From: a virus
IMG/VR virus record: IMGVR_UViG_3300025276_000032
Span: 3,348-67,347 of that record
Strand: one strand, 5' to 3'
DNA: 64,000 nucleotides
In this document: positions 63,587-64,000 of the stretch, piece after piece
How the letters are laid out: each line of letters opens with the position of its first letter
How positions within the stretch are numbered: the stretch's first letter is position 1
The notes under the pieces: model-generated
Told to the model about the DNA's origin: nothing
Databases searched by the model: none
What the model saw: the letters and a program-made list of their open reading frames with translations, nothing else
Made by a program: the position numbers and the translations under genes

Positions 63587-64000
63587 TCAATAACTACTGC
63601 CAGCAGTAACTTCCGTAACATCATTGTACGCATTAGTAACTCTCGTACTTGGAAATGATCTGGGTTGTGTTCCACCCCATATAATTCTTACTACTCCGCC
63701 TGCACCATTGCCACCAGCGCCTGCAGTGTCATCTTCTCTGCCGCCGCCACCACCGCCGTGACGTCCACCTCTACTATAACCTGCTTGCCCGCCTGAGCCA
63801 GCGCCGCCGCCAGTGCCAGTAGCTCCACCAGCGCCAGAAGATGTGAGACCATAAACATCAGTGCCGCCACCACCATTTTGCGCGGTGCCACCGCTGCTCA
63901 TCCCCCCACCGCCACCGGCACCACCGCCAGTGCCGGCAGTCCCGACGCCGCTATTGCCGACACCGCCTTTGCCGCCATTTCCAGACCAACCACCGGCACC
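63587..64000 (-). CDS. C-terminal part of a Gly-rich fibre protein (runs off window)
   Basis: Gly-rich frame ending GGVVRIIWGG...RSFPST. Confidence 0.7.
   Translation of the reverse strand, partial: GAGGWSGNGGKGGVGNSGVGTAGTGGGAGGGGGMSSGGTAQNGGGGTDVYGLTSSGAGGATGTGGGAGSGGQAGYSRGGRHGGGGGGREDDTAGAGGNGAGGVVRIIWGGTQPRSFPSTRVTNAYNDVTEVTAGSSY

Noticed and set aside
48-63658. Plus-strand ORFs in the track (e.g. 2623..3102, 3164..3526, 8456..8977, 50866..51363)
   Set aside because: They are antisense shadows of well-supported minus-strand genes or promoter regions, without recognisable motifs.
1-64000. Alternative genetic code or stop-codon reassignment
   Set aside because: Long conserved genes are intact under the standard code, TAA, TAG and TGA all end genes, and no suppressor tRNA is seen.

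Overview
A 64-kb segment of a large T4-like (myovirus-type) phage genome, probably marine and probably infecting an alphaproteobacterium (inferred from an RpoD-region-4-like protein, an alpha-type tRNA-Ile2, a BMP binding protein and GANTC-containing promoters). Essentially all credible genes are on the minus strand. In window order: (1-12.5 kb) small early genes driven by a repeated sigma70-type promoter, with apt, an IscA/HesB gene and a tRNA/small-RNA island at 9.0-10.0 kb; (12.5-25.8 kb) a sugar-modification cluster interrupted by a BMP / class II aaRS-like / atypical tRNA / 2OG-Fe(II) oxygenase block; (26.5-42.9 kb and 60.6-64 kb) arrays of modular fibre or virion proteins; (43-54 kb) T4-like core genes (endolysin, glutaredoxin, phoH, denV, rnh, nrdAB, spanins); (54-60.3 kb) two large Glu-punctuated putative internal head polyproteins. 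Most striking: (i) an Asn/Asp-tRNA-synthetase-like gene with no anticodon-binding domain, followed 6 nt later by a 107-nt non-canonical tRNA(GUU) with a Leu/Ser-type body, a 35-nt variable region and U37; (ii) three back-to-back RNA-like units, each closed by a 20-22 bp stem, plus a double-pseudoknot element; (iii) 13 early promoters that all carry TGATTCT (a CcrM/GcrA-type site) at a fixed position; (iv) three near-identical antisense promoter elements abutting stop codons; (v) a stand-alone sigma70 region-4 mimic. All calls come from reading the sequence by eye; no database searches were run.
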